Assembly (NCBI GenBank): GCA_044223735.1
Contig: JBGALR010000003.1
Span: 183,038-247,037 of the forward strand
Reading direction: 5' to 3'
Origin: Limisphaerales bacterium
Lineage (GTDB): Bacteria > Verrucomicrobiota > Verrucomicrobiia > Limisphaerales > UBA8199
DNA: 64,000 nt
This document shows, piece after piece, positions 1 to 8,023 of this stretch. Under the pieces are notes generated by a model. It was not told where the DNA came from and made no database searches. It saw only the letters and a program-made list of their open reading frames with translations. The position numbers were made by a program, and so were the translations under genes. Within the stretch, counting starts at the first letter, position 1. Every line of letters starts with the position of its first letter.

Positions 1-600
1 GTGGATCCGTTGAACGAGTTTTCGGCAGGTGACCTGAACAAGGATTCGGATATGCGGAACAGCCTGCAAATCCTTTCCCGCGTCTGTAGGCAGGGCAATC
101 CGCAACGAGCCATCATCGCCCTGCACCATGCGCTAACCGGCCGCGGCGGGGCAGCCAAGGCGACGGGATATGACCGATCCAGCTTCGCGCGCAACAGCAA
201 AACGCTTCACGCCTGGGCGCGCGGGCAAATCAACATTGCTCCGGTAGATGCCGATAACAACGAGCGCCTTGTCGTGGCTTGCGGCAAATGTTCCAACGGT
301 AGGGAGTTTCCATCGTTCGGTATTCGGCTCAACTCCGAGACCAAGATTTACGAGTGCGACCCGTCTATCGATATCGATGCCTGGTCACAGGAAATGGCAG
401 GCAAACCCAACAAGCCGCTTATGGGGCCCGAACGTGTGGCCGAATTGTGCGCCGGGCCGATGACCAAGGCTGAGTTGGCTAAGGCAATCATTGACGATTG
501 CGGGTGCGTTAGACCGAGTGCCTATCGCTACATCGTCCGGGCAGAACAAGGCAGGAAGCTCTCCTTCAACAAGACCAATGGTCACTACCTTAAACGTTGA
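1..600 (+). CDS. C-terminal part of a RepA/AAA_25-like RecA-fold replication ATPase (5' end truncated by window)
   Basis: Open from base 1 to TGA at 598-600. 'DPLNEF...IIALHHALTGRGG...RSSFARNS' fits the 'DPL..//..hHH.sK..//RGSSA' layout of plasmid/phage RepA (AAA_25) proteins. The C-terminal 'MTKAELAKAII...SAYRYIVRAEQ' looks like a winged helix. Confidence 0.5.
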   Translation: MDPLNEFSAGDLNKDSDMRNSLQILSRVCRQGNPQRAIIALHHALTGRGGAAKATGYDRSSFARNSKTLHAWARGQINIAPVDADNNERLVVACGKCSNGREFPSFGIRLNSETKIYECDPSIDIDAWSQEMAGKPNKPLMGPERVAELCAGPMTKAELAKAIIDDCGCVRPSAYRYIVRAEQGRKLSFNKTNGHYLKR

Positions 601-602
601 TA

Positions 603-692
603 TGTCTCCACTGTGTCTCCGGAGAATTATCAGAGACAAGGGTGATACGTGTCTCCTGTCTCCGCAGCCCCGTAGGGGCGGAGACAGAGACA
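603..692. repeat. Iteron-like array: 4 direct TGTCTCC, 3 inverted (G)GAGACA copies, and a bulged hairpin
   Basis: TGTCTCC at 603-609, 614-620, 650-656 and 657-663. AGAGACA at 632-638, GGAGACA at 680-686, GAGACA at 687-692. TGTCTCCG(657-664)/CGGAGACA(679-686) plus CCCC-GTA-GGGG form a stem-loop. Confidence 0.55.
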
Positions 693-856
693 ACACCCCG
701 AGCATGAGCACCTATACGCACCCCGGAGGATATAGGTTTGGGTCCTTCCCAGGCCGTTTTCACGGGACAGGTTGCCGAACTGACGTTGCCCCGTATGCAC
801 ATAAATTTCACCGGTAGTAGTAGTGGTGGTGGCAGTTGACTGCTTCACGGTGGTAT

Positions 857-1339
857 ATGAACGAAAACACTACTTCTGACGAATGGGCAACAGCACACGC
901 GCTGGCCCGGGCTACAGGCTCAGCGGAGCGGCACATTGAAAAGTGGTGCCACATCGAAAGCGTTCCGACCAGCAAGCGCGGCAGTCGCACATTTTACGCG
1001 AAGAACCACGCCATTGCGGTTATCCGCGACCGGCAGCGGCCGCGCGACGAAAGCGAGCCGGACACGGGCTTGAAGGCATTGGCCGACAAAATCACGCTGT
1101 TGGAGCGCCGGGAAGACATGCTCAACGCGATCCTCAGCGTATTGAACAAGGAAAATGAAACGATGGTGGATGCCATCGTTGCGAACGCACCCCAAGACGT
1201 GCCTGTTGAAGTTCCGGAAAAATGCCCGGCATTTTCGGCGGAGCAAGCCGCCTGGCTGATCACAAACATCAACAAGCCGTGGACGAAGGGCTGGAAGATT
1301 GTGCCCAAAGCGGAGCGCGACCAGGTCGAAAAATCCTAA
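857..1339 (+). CDS. Putative DNA-binding protein (HTH-like N-terminus, coiled-coil middle)
   Basis: ATG at 857 lies inside the 836..1339 ORF. 'EWATAHALARATGSAERHIEKW' is HTH-like, and 'LADKITLLERREDMLNAILSVLNKENE' is heptad-like. Confidence 0.4.
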   Translation: MNENTTSDEWATAHALARATGSAERHIEKWCHIESVPTSKRGSRTFYAKNHAIAVIRDRQRPRDESEPDTGLKALADKITLLERREDMLNAILSVLNKENETMVDAIVANAPQDVPVEVPEKCPAFSAEQAAWLITNINKPWTKGWKIVPKAERDQVEKS

Positions 1340-1346
1340 AATTTTT

Positions 1347-1787
1347 ATGAAACTGTATTGCCGGTTCGACCTGAAAAATAACTTCAACGCAAAGCTCCTG
1401 GACGGGACCTATCCACCGACTTTGAGCGTCGGCGATTGCATCGTCGTCGGCAATCCGGAGACTCAGGAGTCAGAGCTATCACCGCAGGACAGAGACTTCG
1501 TGCACCGCTTGGGGCATTGGTTCGCCAAGGAAGGGAGCGAGGAAGCGCTGCAGGTCATGCACACTATCGAGTGGATGAAAAAGCGGGATGCGCGGGTTGA
1601 AGTCCTGCTGAAAAAGATCGGGTGCAAAAACGTTGCCGAGGCCCGCGGTCTCGAGCATCACCACGGCGGATTTTCCAGCGACCCGGGATCGGTTAACCCC
1701 GACCGCCGCGAACTCTTTGGGCTGTTGCTCGCGACGCCGCCGCCACCGCCGCAGAAAAGCGTGTTGAAAAAACTTTTCGGAAAATAA
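1347..1787 (+). CDS. Hypothetical protein, small-paralogue family member 1
   Basis: ATG at 1347, in frame with the 1299..1787 ORF. The N-terminus 'MKLYCRFDLKNNFNAKLLDGTYPPTLSVGDCIVVGNPETQ' aligns with the 3021..3290 product. Proline-rich tail. Confidence 0.45.
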   Translation: MKLYCRFDLKNNFNAKLLDGTYPPTLSVGDCIVVGNPETQESELSPQDRDFVHRLGHWFAKEGSEEALQVMHTIEWMKKRDARVEVLLKKIGCKNVAEARGLEHHHGGFSSDPGSVNPDRRELFGLLLATPPPPPQKSVLKKLFGK

Positions 1788-1793
1788 CGCACC

Positions 1794-2108
1794 ATGTTGA
1801 AGTTTGTTGTCACTCGGGACGTGGTAAATCCATGCCGGGCATTTTCTGCAATGGACGGTTCAAAGCCCGCGTCTCTGCTGCGGGGCGAGTTGATTAGCTT
1901 CAATGGAGTCACTGAGGAAGGCTTGGAACACCTGCCCGCTGAAGACATTGAAGTCATCAAACTCGCCCGCAGCTTCATCGCGCTGGCCACCAAGGAAAAT
2001 ATCGCGGCCGTCGAAGCCGACTTGAAAAAGGAGCGGGAATATTGGGCGGCCAGAATGGAAAAAACACCGTCCGGCGTCTCAGTATTCAAAGGCCTTCGCT
2101 CCTACTGA
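1794..2108 (+). CDS. Hypothetical protein, small-paralogue family member 2 (most divergent)
   Basis: Compact spacing between neighbours. 'VVNPCRAFSAMDGSKPASLLRGELISFNG' shares the NP..F...G..P..L..G pattern with the other two members. Confidence 0.4.
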   Translation: MLKFVVTRDVVNPCRAFSAMDGSKPASLLRGELISFNGVTEEGLEHLPAEDIEVIKLARSFIALATKENIAAVEADLKKEREYWAARMEKTPSGVSVFKGLRSY

Positions 2109-2115
2109 GGCTGCC

Positions 2116-3024
2116 ATGATCAACACCGAACTGCGCTGCGTGTCGCTGAACCTTTCGATTGAAGCCATGGACGCCCCCGAGGCCGTGCGGAAAACGATCA
2201 ACACAATGGCAACCATCATGGAAATCGGCGCGAACCGGGGCGCGGCCGCCGAACAATTTTGCCGGGTAATCAATGGGATGGAGAAGCTTCCAGCCATTGA
2301 CCTATTCGGCTCCACGTTTTCCCAGGATGACACGGTGTTCCAAAAAATCCCGCTTGGTTACGCCGAAGTTTGCGCGGCTGACGATTGGGCCCGGATCCGT
2401 ATCGGTGGCCTTATTACGTCGTGGAATTTCGACGTCGAGGACGTGATTCAGAAGATTGGCGCCGCGCCGAAAATCTACCTCTGGCTTGAAGATTGCATCG
2501 GCGGTTCTGCTGACATTGCCCAGCGCCTTTACAACGTGCTCGTCGAACGGGAGACCACCGTTGACGTTTCCGGCGCGTGCCTCAGTGCCGGAACGGTTCT
2601 GCTGCTTTCCGGAAAACATCGCCGCATTGCGAGAAACGCATACGTCGGCGTCCACTCCGGGAACATCACCGCTTTCGGGAACGCCGAATTTCTGCGCACT
2701 TCCGCCGCTTCACTGGATGAGTGGAACGCTGAGAAAATCAATCTCTTCAGCTCCCGCACCGGTCAGCCCGCGGCGACGGTCGAACAATGGTTTTCGGGCA
2801 AAACGTTTTATTTCAACTCCACGGACGCCGTGAAAATGGGCCTGGCGCATGAGATCGCCGTTGAATCGAGCGTCACCGTTCCCGCTGACGACAAGACCTG
2901 CCCGAATGAGATTTTCGCGCGCGACATGCTCACCCGGCTGCGGGCGATGTTTGCCGACGATCGGAAGTTTCGCGAAATCCTCGCCGCCACTTTGAAAGCC
3001 ACCACCGCGCCTCAAATCACATGA
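2116..3024 (+). CDS. ClpP/S14-S49-fold serine protease (phage head-maturation-protease-like)
   Basis: 'IYLWLEDCIGGSADIAQRLYNVL...VSGACLSAGTVLLLSGKHRRIARNAYVGVHSG' matches the ClpP layout: the G..S.G nucleophile strand, then R....hH. Confidence 0.6.
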   Translation: MINTELRCVSLNLSIEAMDAPEAVRKTINTMATIMEIGANRGAAAEQFCRVINGMEKLPAIDLFGSTFSQDDTVFQKIPLGYAEVCAADDWARIRIGGLITSWNFDVEDVIQKIGAAPKIYLWLEDCIGGSADIAQRLYNVLVERETTVDVSGACLSAGTVLLLSGKHRRIARNAYVGVHSGNITAFGNAEFLRTSAASLDEWNAEKINLFSSRTGQPAATVEQWFSGKTFYFNSTDAVKMGLAHEIAVESSVTVPADDKTCPNEIFARDMLTRLRAMFADDRKFREILAATLKATTAPQIT

Positions 3025-3290
3025 AATTCATTGCCGCGCTCGCGGTCATCAACCCGCTCAAAACATTCCGCGTCGGAACCGGATATCCTGCCACGCTCCA
3101 AATCGGGGACGTGGTCGAAATTGGCGACCCGACTTCCACCAACGAAAAGCAGCTCACGCGCGGCCAACGGCAAATCCTGAAGGAGATGTCCTACAACCTG
3201 CTGGAGCACACACCCCAGAACATCGAGGCCATGCGGATCAAGGCTGAAGAGGATGCCAGATTCCAAAAGATGGCCGGGTTCCATACGTGA
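3021..3290 (+). CDS. Hypothetical protein, small-paralogue family member 3
   Basis: ATGA overlap with the protease stop. 'MKFIAALAVINPLKTFRVGTGYPATLQIGDVVEIGDPTST' is paralogous to 1347..1787. Confidence 0.45.
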   Translation: MKFIAALAVINPLKTFRVGTGYPATLQIGDVVEIGDPTSTNEKQLTRGQRQILKEMSYNLLEHTPQNIEAMRIKAEEDARFQKMAGFHT

Positions 3291-3294
3291 GACC

Positions 3295-3927
3295 ATGAAA
3301 GCCAACCCTGAGGAATTGTTCGTCGCCGGGCTCATTCCCAAGCCTGTCCGCATTCTGCGCGTGCCCCTGTTGCCCTACAGCATCGGGCATGAATTGATCC
3401 TCGTTCGTGAACGCAACCCATTGCTCGCACCCCGCGAACACTTCAATCAGCTTCCGATTGCCGAACAGATCAAGGCCATCGTGCGCGCGGTGCAAGTGTG
3501 CTCCCGGACCTGGGAGCAAAACAAGCGGCCGGATCGGTGGGTGAAATTCTGGTGTTGGCTCATTCGCCGCAGTGATTTTCCGTTGGCGATAGCCGAATTT
3601 CGCAACTACCGCGACGAAGGCAGCACCTTCCCGCCGATATGGGAAGAGCCCGGCGACGGCGAGGACAAGGGCCGCAAGCTTGGCTCCCCGCACATGGCTC
3701 GCTTGCTCGACTATTCTCTGCAGGTATGCGGGCCCGCTGCGTTCGACGCTCCCTTGGGCGCGATGCAATGGCTTTACCTTTCGAGCTGCGAAGCCGAGGG
3801 ACTGATAAACATCGCCAACGAACACGAGCGCCAAATCAAAGAAGAGATTGAGCAGCACCAGGCCGATTATGACCGGGAGCAGGAAGAGAAACGGCGCAAC
3901 GCGGAAGGATCTGATTGCCAGCCCTGA
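3295..3927 (+). CDS. Hypothetical protein
   Basis: ATG at 3295, 5 nt after the preceding stop and in frame with the 3253..3927 ORF. No recognisable motif. Acidic C-terminal tail. Confidence 0.4.
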   Translation: MKANPEELFVAGLIPKPVRILRVPLLPYSIGHELILVRERNPLLAPREHFNQLPIAEQIKAIVRAVQVCSRTWEQNKRPDRWVKFWCWLIRRSDFPLAIAEFRNYRDEGSTFPPIWEEPGDGEDKGRKLGSPHMARLLDYSLQVCGPAAFDAPLGAMQWLYLSSCEAEGLINIANEHERQIKEEIEQHQADYDREQEEKRRNAEGSDCQP

Positions 3928-5540
3928 AAGCCATCATTAGCGCTGATTCACGACCGTTGCAAAACGAGTTTGCGACCGTCGAACGACTGGCCCGACAGAC
4001 CGGAGTCAGAATGCAGCAGGCCATGTCAAAGCAGCACGTCGGCAATAGCGGCGCGCTGCGGGAAACCATGGTGTTGCTCCGGGAAATGGGGCGCGGCAAC
4101 TGGTCTCGGGTGCCTGGGAGTGCGAGCATTCTCGTCGGCCAACTCAACATCCTCAAATTTCTTTTCCGGGATAACGCGGTCGAGGCCGCGAAGCTCGCGA
4201 CGAAGCTCGAAGCCAAGGCCATCGCTTCAAACACGGCGGCGGCCGCCGCGAAGAAGCTTGCAGAAGGGCAATACGTCACCCTTAGCACCATGCGAAACGT
4301 CACGGTCGGCGAACTCGCCGCTGCGCGCGCAGACCAGGTGCGCGCCGAATCCGCGATGACCGCCGCCGGCGCAGACCAGGCGAAAGCGGTTGCCGCCCGG
4401 CAAGCGGCCGTCGCCATGGAGCAGCAGGGAGCCGCCGCGCGCTTTGCCATCACTCCTTTGGGCTGGGTAGGGATTGCGCTGGTTGCAGTCGGCACCGCCG
4501 TTGCATTGCTCGTTGGCCGGATGCTGCAGCTCCAACGAGAGCAAAAAAACCTTTCCGACCTAGTGACGTTCACCGCGGCGAAGTTTTCAGAGCAGGCTTC
4601 GGCCATGAAAGAGGCGGAGGTTGCGTCCCAAAAGTTTGAAGATTGGCTCAAAAAGCTAGGCGAGGCGGAGGAAGGGTTCGCGGAAAAGACCGAGGGCGCA
4701 TTGAAAGCACTGCGCGAAAAATCCCGGCTGCAAAAAGAGCTGGCCCAAGCGCAAGGCAAACCCAAAAAGGACCTCGCGCAAATGGATATCGAAGAGGCCC
4801 GGCAGGAGCTCGACATCGTCAACAAGGCGCTTGCCCAAGCGAAGGAGAAAGCGGCTCAAGACCGCGTTGCCGCCCAGGAGGCAAATTCGTTCGCAAATGA
4901 CGGCGGACAGCGCAAGGCGGACGTAAAAGAGCTATCCGAGCGCAGCACGACCGCTGCTAAGATCGTCGATGCCATTGCCGAAAAGGTGAAAGGCGGTCAG
5001 GTCAGTGAGATCGATTATTCAGTCCCCGCCGGTCAGGTTGGCCGCTACAAGACCCGTGCAATGGATGCCACCGATACTGTGCCCGTCGAAGTGGACGGCA
5101 AAGAATACCGGATGTCATTGCAGCAGGCCAAAACCACGTTCAAGACCTTGAGCGATAAAGGAAACGACTTGGCAAGGGAACAAACCCAGCTTGACGACGC
5201 CCTCGAAGATAAGAAAAAACAGGCGGAAAAATCCACCGCCGACGAAGCGCGGCTAACCAAACAGCAGCGCGAAACCCAAGAGGCCCTAAAGCTCAAAGAA
5301 CAATACCTCCCACAGATCGCCGCAGCTGAAAAGAAAGAGGGCAAGATCGTCACCGGCCATTTGACCGAGTATCAGCGGCAAGGCGCATACACGGGACCGG
5401 CGGCATACATCGACACCGCCAAGAACAGCGAGCGCCACCTTGCCGCCATCCGGAAGCATTTGGAGAAAGGCAGCAAAGGCAGCGGCGGAGGGTTCAACGC
5501 AGGAAAGGTGAACTACGGTGGCGGCAGCTTTCGTAGTTGA
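3915..5540 (+). CDS. Coiled-coil A/K/E-rich protein with one internal TM segment (tape-measure- or scaffold-like; function unknown)
   Basis: 541-aa ORF with a TTG start at 3915 (alternative ATG at 4012). TM segment 'ITPLGWVGIALVAVGTAVALLVGRML', long heptad-like stretches and a glycine-rich C-terminus. Confidence 0.5.
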   Translation: MPALKAIISADSRPLQNEFATVERLARQTGVRMQQAMSKQHVGNSGALRETMVLLREMGRGNWSRVPGSASILVGQLNILKFLFRDNAVEAAKLATKLEAKAIASNTAAAAAKKLAEGQYVTLSTMRNVTVGELAAARADQVRAESAMTAAGADQAKAVAARQAAVAMEQQGAAARFAITPLGWVGIALVAVGTAVALLVGRMLQLQREQKNLSDLVTFTAAKFSEQASAMKEAEVASQKFEDWLKKLGEAEEGFAEKTEGALKALREKSRLQKELAQAQGKPKKDLAQMDIEEARQELDIVNKALAQAKEKAAQDRVAAQEANSFANDGGQRKADVKELSERSTTAAKIVDAIAEKVKGGQVSEIDYSVPAGQVGRYKTRAMDATDTVPVEVDGKEYRMSLQQAKTTFKTLSDKGNDLAREQTQLDDALEDKKKQAEKSTADEARLTKQQRETQEALKLKEQYLPQIAAAEKKEGKIVTGHLTEYQRQGAYTGPAAYIDTAKNSERHLAAIRKHLEKGSKGSGGGFNAGKVNYGGGSFRS

Positions 5541-5687
5541 GTTGCCGCGTTAGGTATGCCCGACCTTGTTCCACCATCGAACCTTAACGACCACCTGCCA
5601 CGAACTCGCCACGACCAGGAACGTTGTAGGTAGACATGATAAACCCCAGCCAGTGACGGCCGGGGCCTGATTCAGAGCGGGAACGGG

Positions 5688-6074
5688 TTACGCTTGGCGG
5701 AAGAACGTCCGCAGCGCGGCGTTGACGATCATTTCGACTCCCCAAGCCTTGTCATCGCCCGTGATTCTCGCCAACCGCGATGCCATGGCTTCCATCTGGC
5801 TAAACAGTTTCGGTTCGATGTTGGTTTCCAACTCGATGCTTTCACCGGGAATGTTGTCCTTGAGGTGATTGGCCAGCAGCTCGAGATCCCGCTGGGCGTG
5901 TGTTGCGTCCAGATGACGGCGGACGCAGTTGTTCATTAACTGGTTTGAACTTATCCCGGACTGCTTGCCCGCCTCCATCAGAATTTGGGCGGTGGCAAAG
6001 TCGAGATCAACTTTGAACTTGGGGAGCTTCACGGCGGGGGACTTTTTGGACTTGGTTTCAACTGCTTTTTTCAT
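5688..6074 (-). CDS. Putative tandem ribbon-helix-helix (Arc/CopG-like) DNA-binding regulator
   Basis: ATG at 6074 (MKKAVETKSKK...). There are two strand-helix-helix units: 'KFKVDLDFATAQILMEAGKQSGISSNQLMNNCVRRHL' and 'SIELETNIEPKLFSQMEAMASRLARITG..VEMIVNAALRTFF'. Confidence 0.4.
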   Translation of the reverse strand: MKKAVETKSKKSPAVKLPKFKVDLDFATAQILMEAGKQSGISSNQLMNNCVRRHLDATHAQRDLELLANHLKDNIPGESIELETNIEPKLFSQMEAMASRLARITGDDKAWGVEMIVNAALRTFFRQA

Positions 6075-6379
6075 TGGGTATGAACACAAAATGGCCGGAG
6101 CAGAAAGGGATTCAGCCTTATCACGCCCAAGAATCACCAAGGGCGCTATTCCACTCCGGCCAGATTGTCTGTCACTGAATCGGCGTAAGGTGGGTGATTA
6201 CTCCACCGGACAGTGCCGATGCCTTCTCTGAATCTGAAGGCTGACACGGTTTTACGCCTGGCAAAAGAAGTGTGCAAGCGAAAAAATACCGATGAGGCAT
6301 CCGTAAAAGTGGCAAAGCACTGGTAAAGTGCGTGTGTGTCTGGGAAGCCTAAAACCTCATTTCGCCCTTTGTTTCCGGA

Positions 6380-6455
6380 TGGTGGAGCCGACAGGGATCG
6401 AACCTGCGACCTTCTGAATGCCATTCAGACGCTCTACCAACTGAGCTACGACCCC
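6380..6455 (-). tRNA. tRNA-Ala (anticodon GGC)
   Basis: 76-nt cloverleaf read by hand. Acceptor GGGGTCG/CGGCTCC with the G3:U70 alanine identity pair, D-arm GCTC/GAGC, anticodon stem TCTGA/TCAGA, loop AUGGCAU, T-arm GCAGG-TTCGATC-CCTGT, encoded CCA. Confidence 0.93.
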
Positions 6456-6471
6456 AACCGGAGCGGCTGCA

Positions 6472-6499
6472 AATCTAAGACTTCGGATAAAATTGTCAA
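6472..6499 (-). promoter_or_regulatory. Sigma70-like promoter for tRNA-Ala
   Basis: On the minus strand: TTGACA (6499-6494), a 16-nt spacer, then TAGATT (6477-6472). The -10 element ends 16 nt upstream of the mature 5' end at 6455. Confidence 0.5.
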
Positions 6500-6760
6500 A
6501 ATCAATTTCAGCAAACAATTTCATCCCGGAGCCACACGCACCATTGAGCCTCTGGCAGACCGCGATGAATCGTTTTGGGGTGTTGCATCGATCATTGTTA
6601 CGACCCGTGGAGCATATGGTTGGGAAACCCGGGAGCGCACCGGCGATTTCTCCACCTGGCTGTCGGAAACCATCGCTGCAATTGCCTGGACTATGTCCGG
6701 GCTCGTGTGAGGGCTGATCCGTCGGAAAGTCTCGTCTCAGCCCGCGAAAGAATGTTGTAC

Positions 6761-6785
6761 GCACGCGGCGGGAGAAACCGCGTGC
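6761..6785 (-). terminator. Hairpin downstream of lysC (possible terminator)
   Basis: GCACGCGG-(9 nt)-CCGCGTGC, starting 16 nt after the lysC stop. No clear U-tract. Confidence 0.3.
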
Positions 6786-6801
6786 TGGCGAAACGGGTGC
6801 C

Positions 6802-8019
6802 CTAGCCGAGAAAGGCGGCGTGCACGGCTTTCATGGCTTGTTCGCCTTTGGCGAGGTCCACGACCACGGAGATTTTGATTTCGCTCGTGGAGATCATGTC
6901 GATGTTCACGCCTTCATTGGCGAGGGTTTCGAACATCTTGCCGGCCACGCCGCTGTGGCTTTTCATGCCGACGCCGACAATGGACAGCTTTCCGATTTTT
7001 TCGGTGGCGATCACTTCGCCGAACCCGATTTCCTTTTTCAGGCCGTCGAGCACTTTTTGGGCTTTGAGCAAATCCGGTTTGTCCACCGTGAACGAAAGGT
7101 CGGTCGCCCGCGTGCCGCTGCCGTGGCTCACGTTTTGCACGATCATGTCCACGTTCACGTTCGCGTCGCCGATGGCCTTGAAGATGCGCGCGGCCACGCC
7201 GGGTTTGTCAGGCACGGCCACCAGGGTTACTTTGGCCTGATTCTTGTCGAGCGAGACGCCGCGCACGACGACGCCTTCCATGTTCTTCGTTTCTTCTTTC
7301 ACAATGGTACCTGGGTTTTCGTTGAGGCTGGAACGGACTTCGAAAATAACGCCGAATTTTTTCGCGAACTCCACGGAGCGGGATTGCATGACCTTCGCGC
7401 CGAGGCTCGCGAGTTCGAGCATTTCATCATAGGAAATTTCCTCGAGCTTTTTCGCCGTGGGAACGATGCGGGGGTCGGCGGTGTAAACGCCGTCCACGTC
7501 CGTGTAAATCTGGCAGAGGTCCGCCTTTAACGCGGCGGCGAGCGCGATGGCGGTTAGATCGGAACCGCCGCGGCCCAGCGTGGTGATCTGGCCTTCCATG
7601 GTCTGGCCTTGAAAGCCGGCGACGATCACCACATTGCCCTGGTCGAGCAGTTCGTGAATTTTTTTCGGCGTGATGTTCTGAATCTTCGCCTTCGTGTGCA
7701 CGAGGTCGGTCACGATGCCTGCCTGCGCGCCCGTCAGGGAAACCGCCGGCACGTTGATGGAATGCAACGCCATGGCCGTCAGGGCGATGGTGGTCTGTTC
7801 GCCGGTGGCGAGCAAAACGTCCATTTCCCGCTCGTTCGGCAGCGGCATGATCTCCTTTGCGAGCTTGATCAGGTTGTCGGTCACGCCGCTCATCGCGGAC
7901 ACCACGACCACGATCTGGTCGCCATTGGCGCAATACTTTGCGACCCGGGACGCGACGTTTTTGATCCGCTCAGGATTGCCGACGGAGCTGCCACCGTATT
8001 TTTGTACGATCAGGGCCAT
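6802..8019 (-). CDS. lysC: Aspartate kinase
   Basis: 'MALIVQKYGGSSVGNPERIKNVA', 'VVVVSAMSGVTD', 'LGRGGSDLTA', and C-terminal ACT-like repeats. Confidence 0.95.
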   Translation of the reverse strand: MALIVQKYGGSSVGNPERIKNVASRVAKYCANGDQIVVVVSAMSGVTDNLIKLAKEIMPLPNEREMDVLLATGEQTTIALTAMALHSINVPAVSLTGAQAGIVTDLVHTKAKIQNITPKKIHELLDQGNVVIVAGFQGQTMEGQITTLGRGGSDLTAIALAAALKADLCQIYTDVDGVYTADPRIVPTAKKLEEISYDEMLELASLGAKVMQSRSVEFAKKFGVIFEVRSSLNENPGTIVKEETKNMEGVVVRGVSLDKNQAKVTLVAVPDKPGVAARIFKAIGDANVNVDMIVQNVSHGSGTRATDLSFTVDKPDLLKAQKVLDGLKKEIGFGEVIATEKIGKLSIVGVGMKSHSGVAGKMFETLANEGVNIDMISTSEIKISVVVDLAKGEQAMKAVHAAFLG

Positions 8020-8023
8020 ACGT

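Larger units (their letters stand above)
1..6379. mobile_element. Putative phage/satellite-like integrative island (left end outside window) abutting the 3' end of tRNA-Ala
   Basis: Nine co-oriented, tightly packed non-housekeeping ORFs: RepA-like ATPase, HTH protein, ClpP-fold protease, coiled-coil TM protein and others. An iteron array and a terminal RHH regulator are also present. The tRNA 3' end at 6380 faces the block. No integrase is seen in the window. Confidence 0.45.

Noticed and set aside
3836-4825. 329-aa minus-strand ORF inside the island
   Set aside because: It is antisense to the 541-aa coiled-coil gene. The Ser/Ala/Cys-rich mirror translation arises from a GCN/AAG-rich sense strand.
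5560-5600. Possible tRNA fragment or att remnant (ATCGAACCT..CGACC resembles the T-arm region of tRNA-Ala)
   Set aside because: Only about 9 contiguous matching bases, which is expected by chance in 64 kb. The flanks do not form a T-stem.
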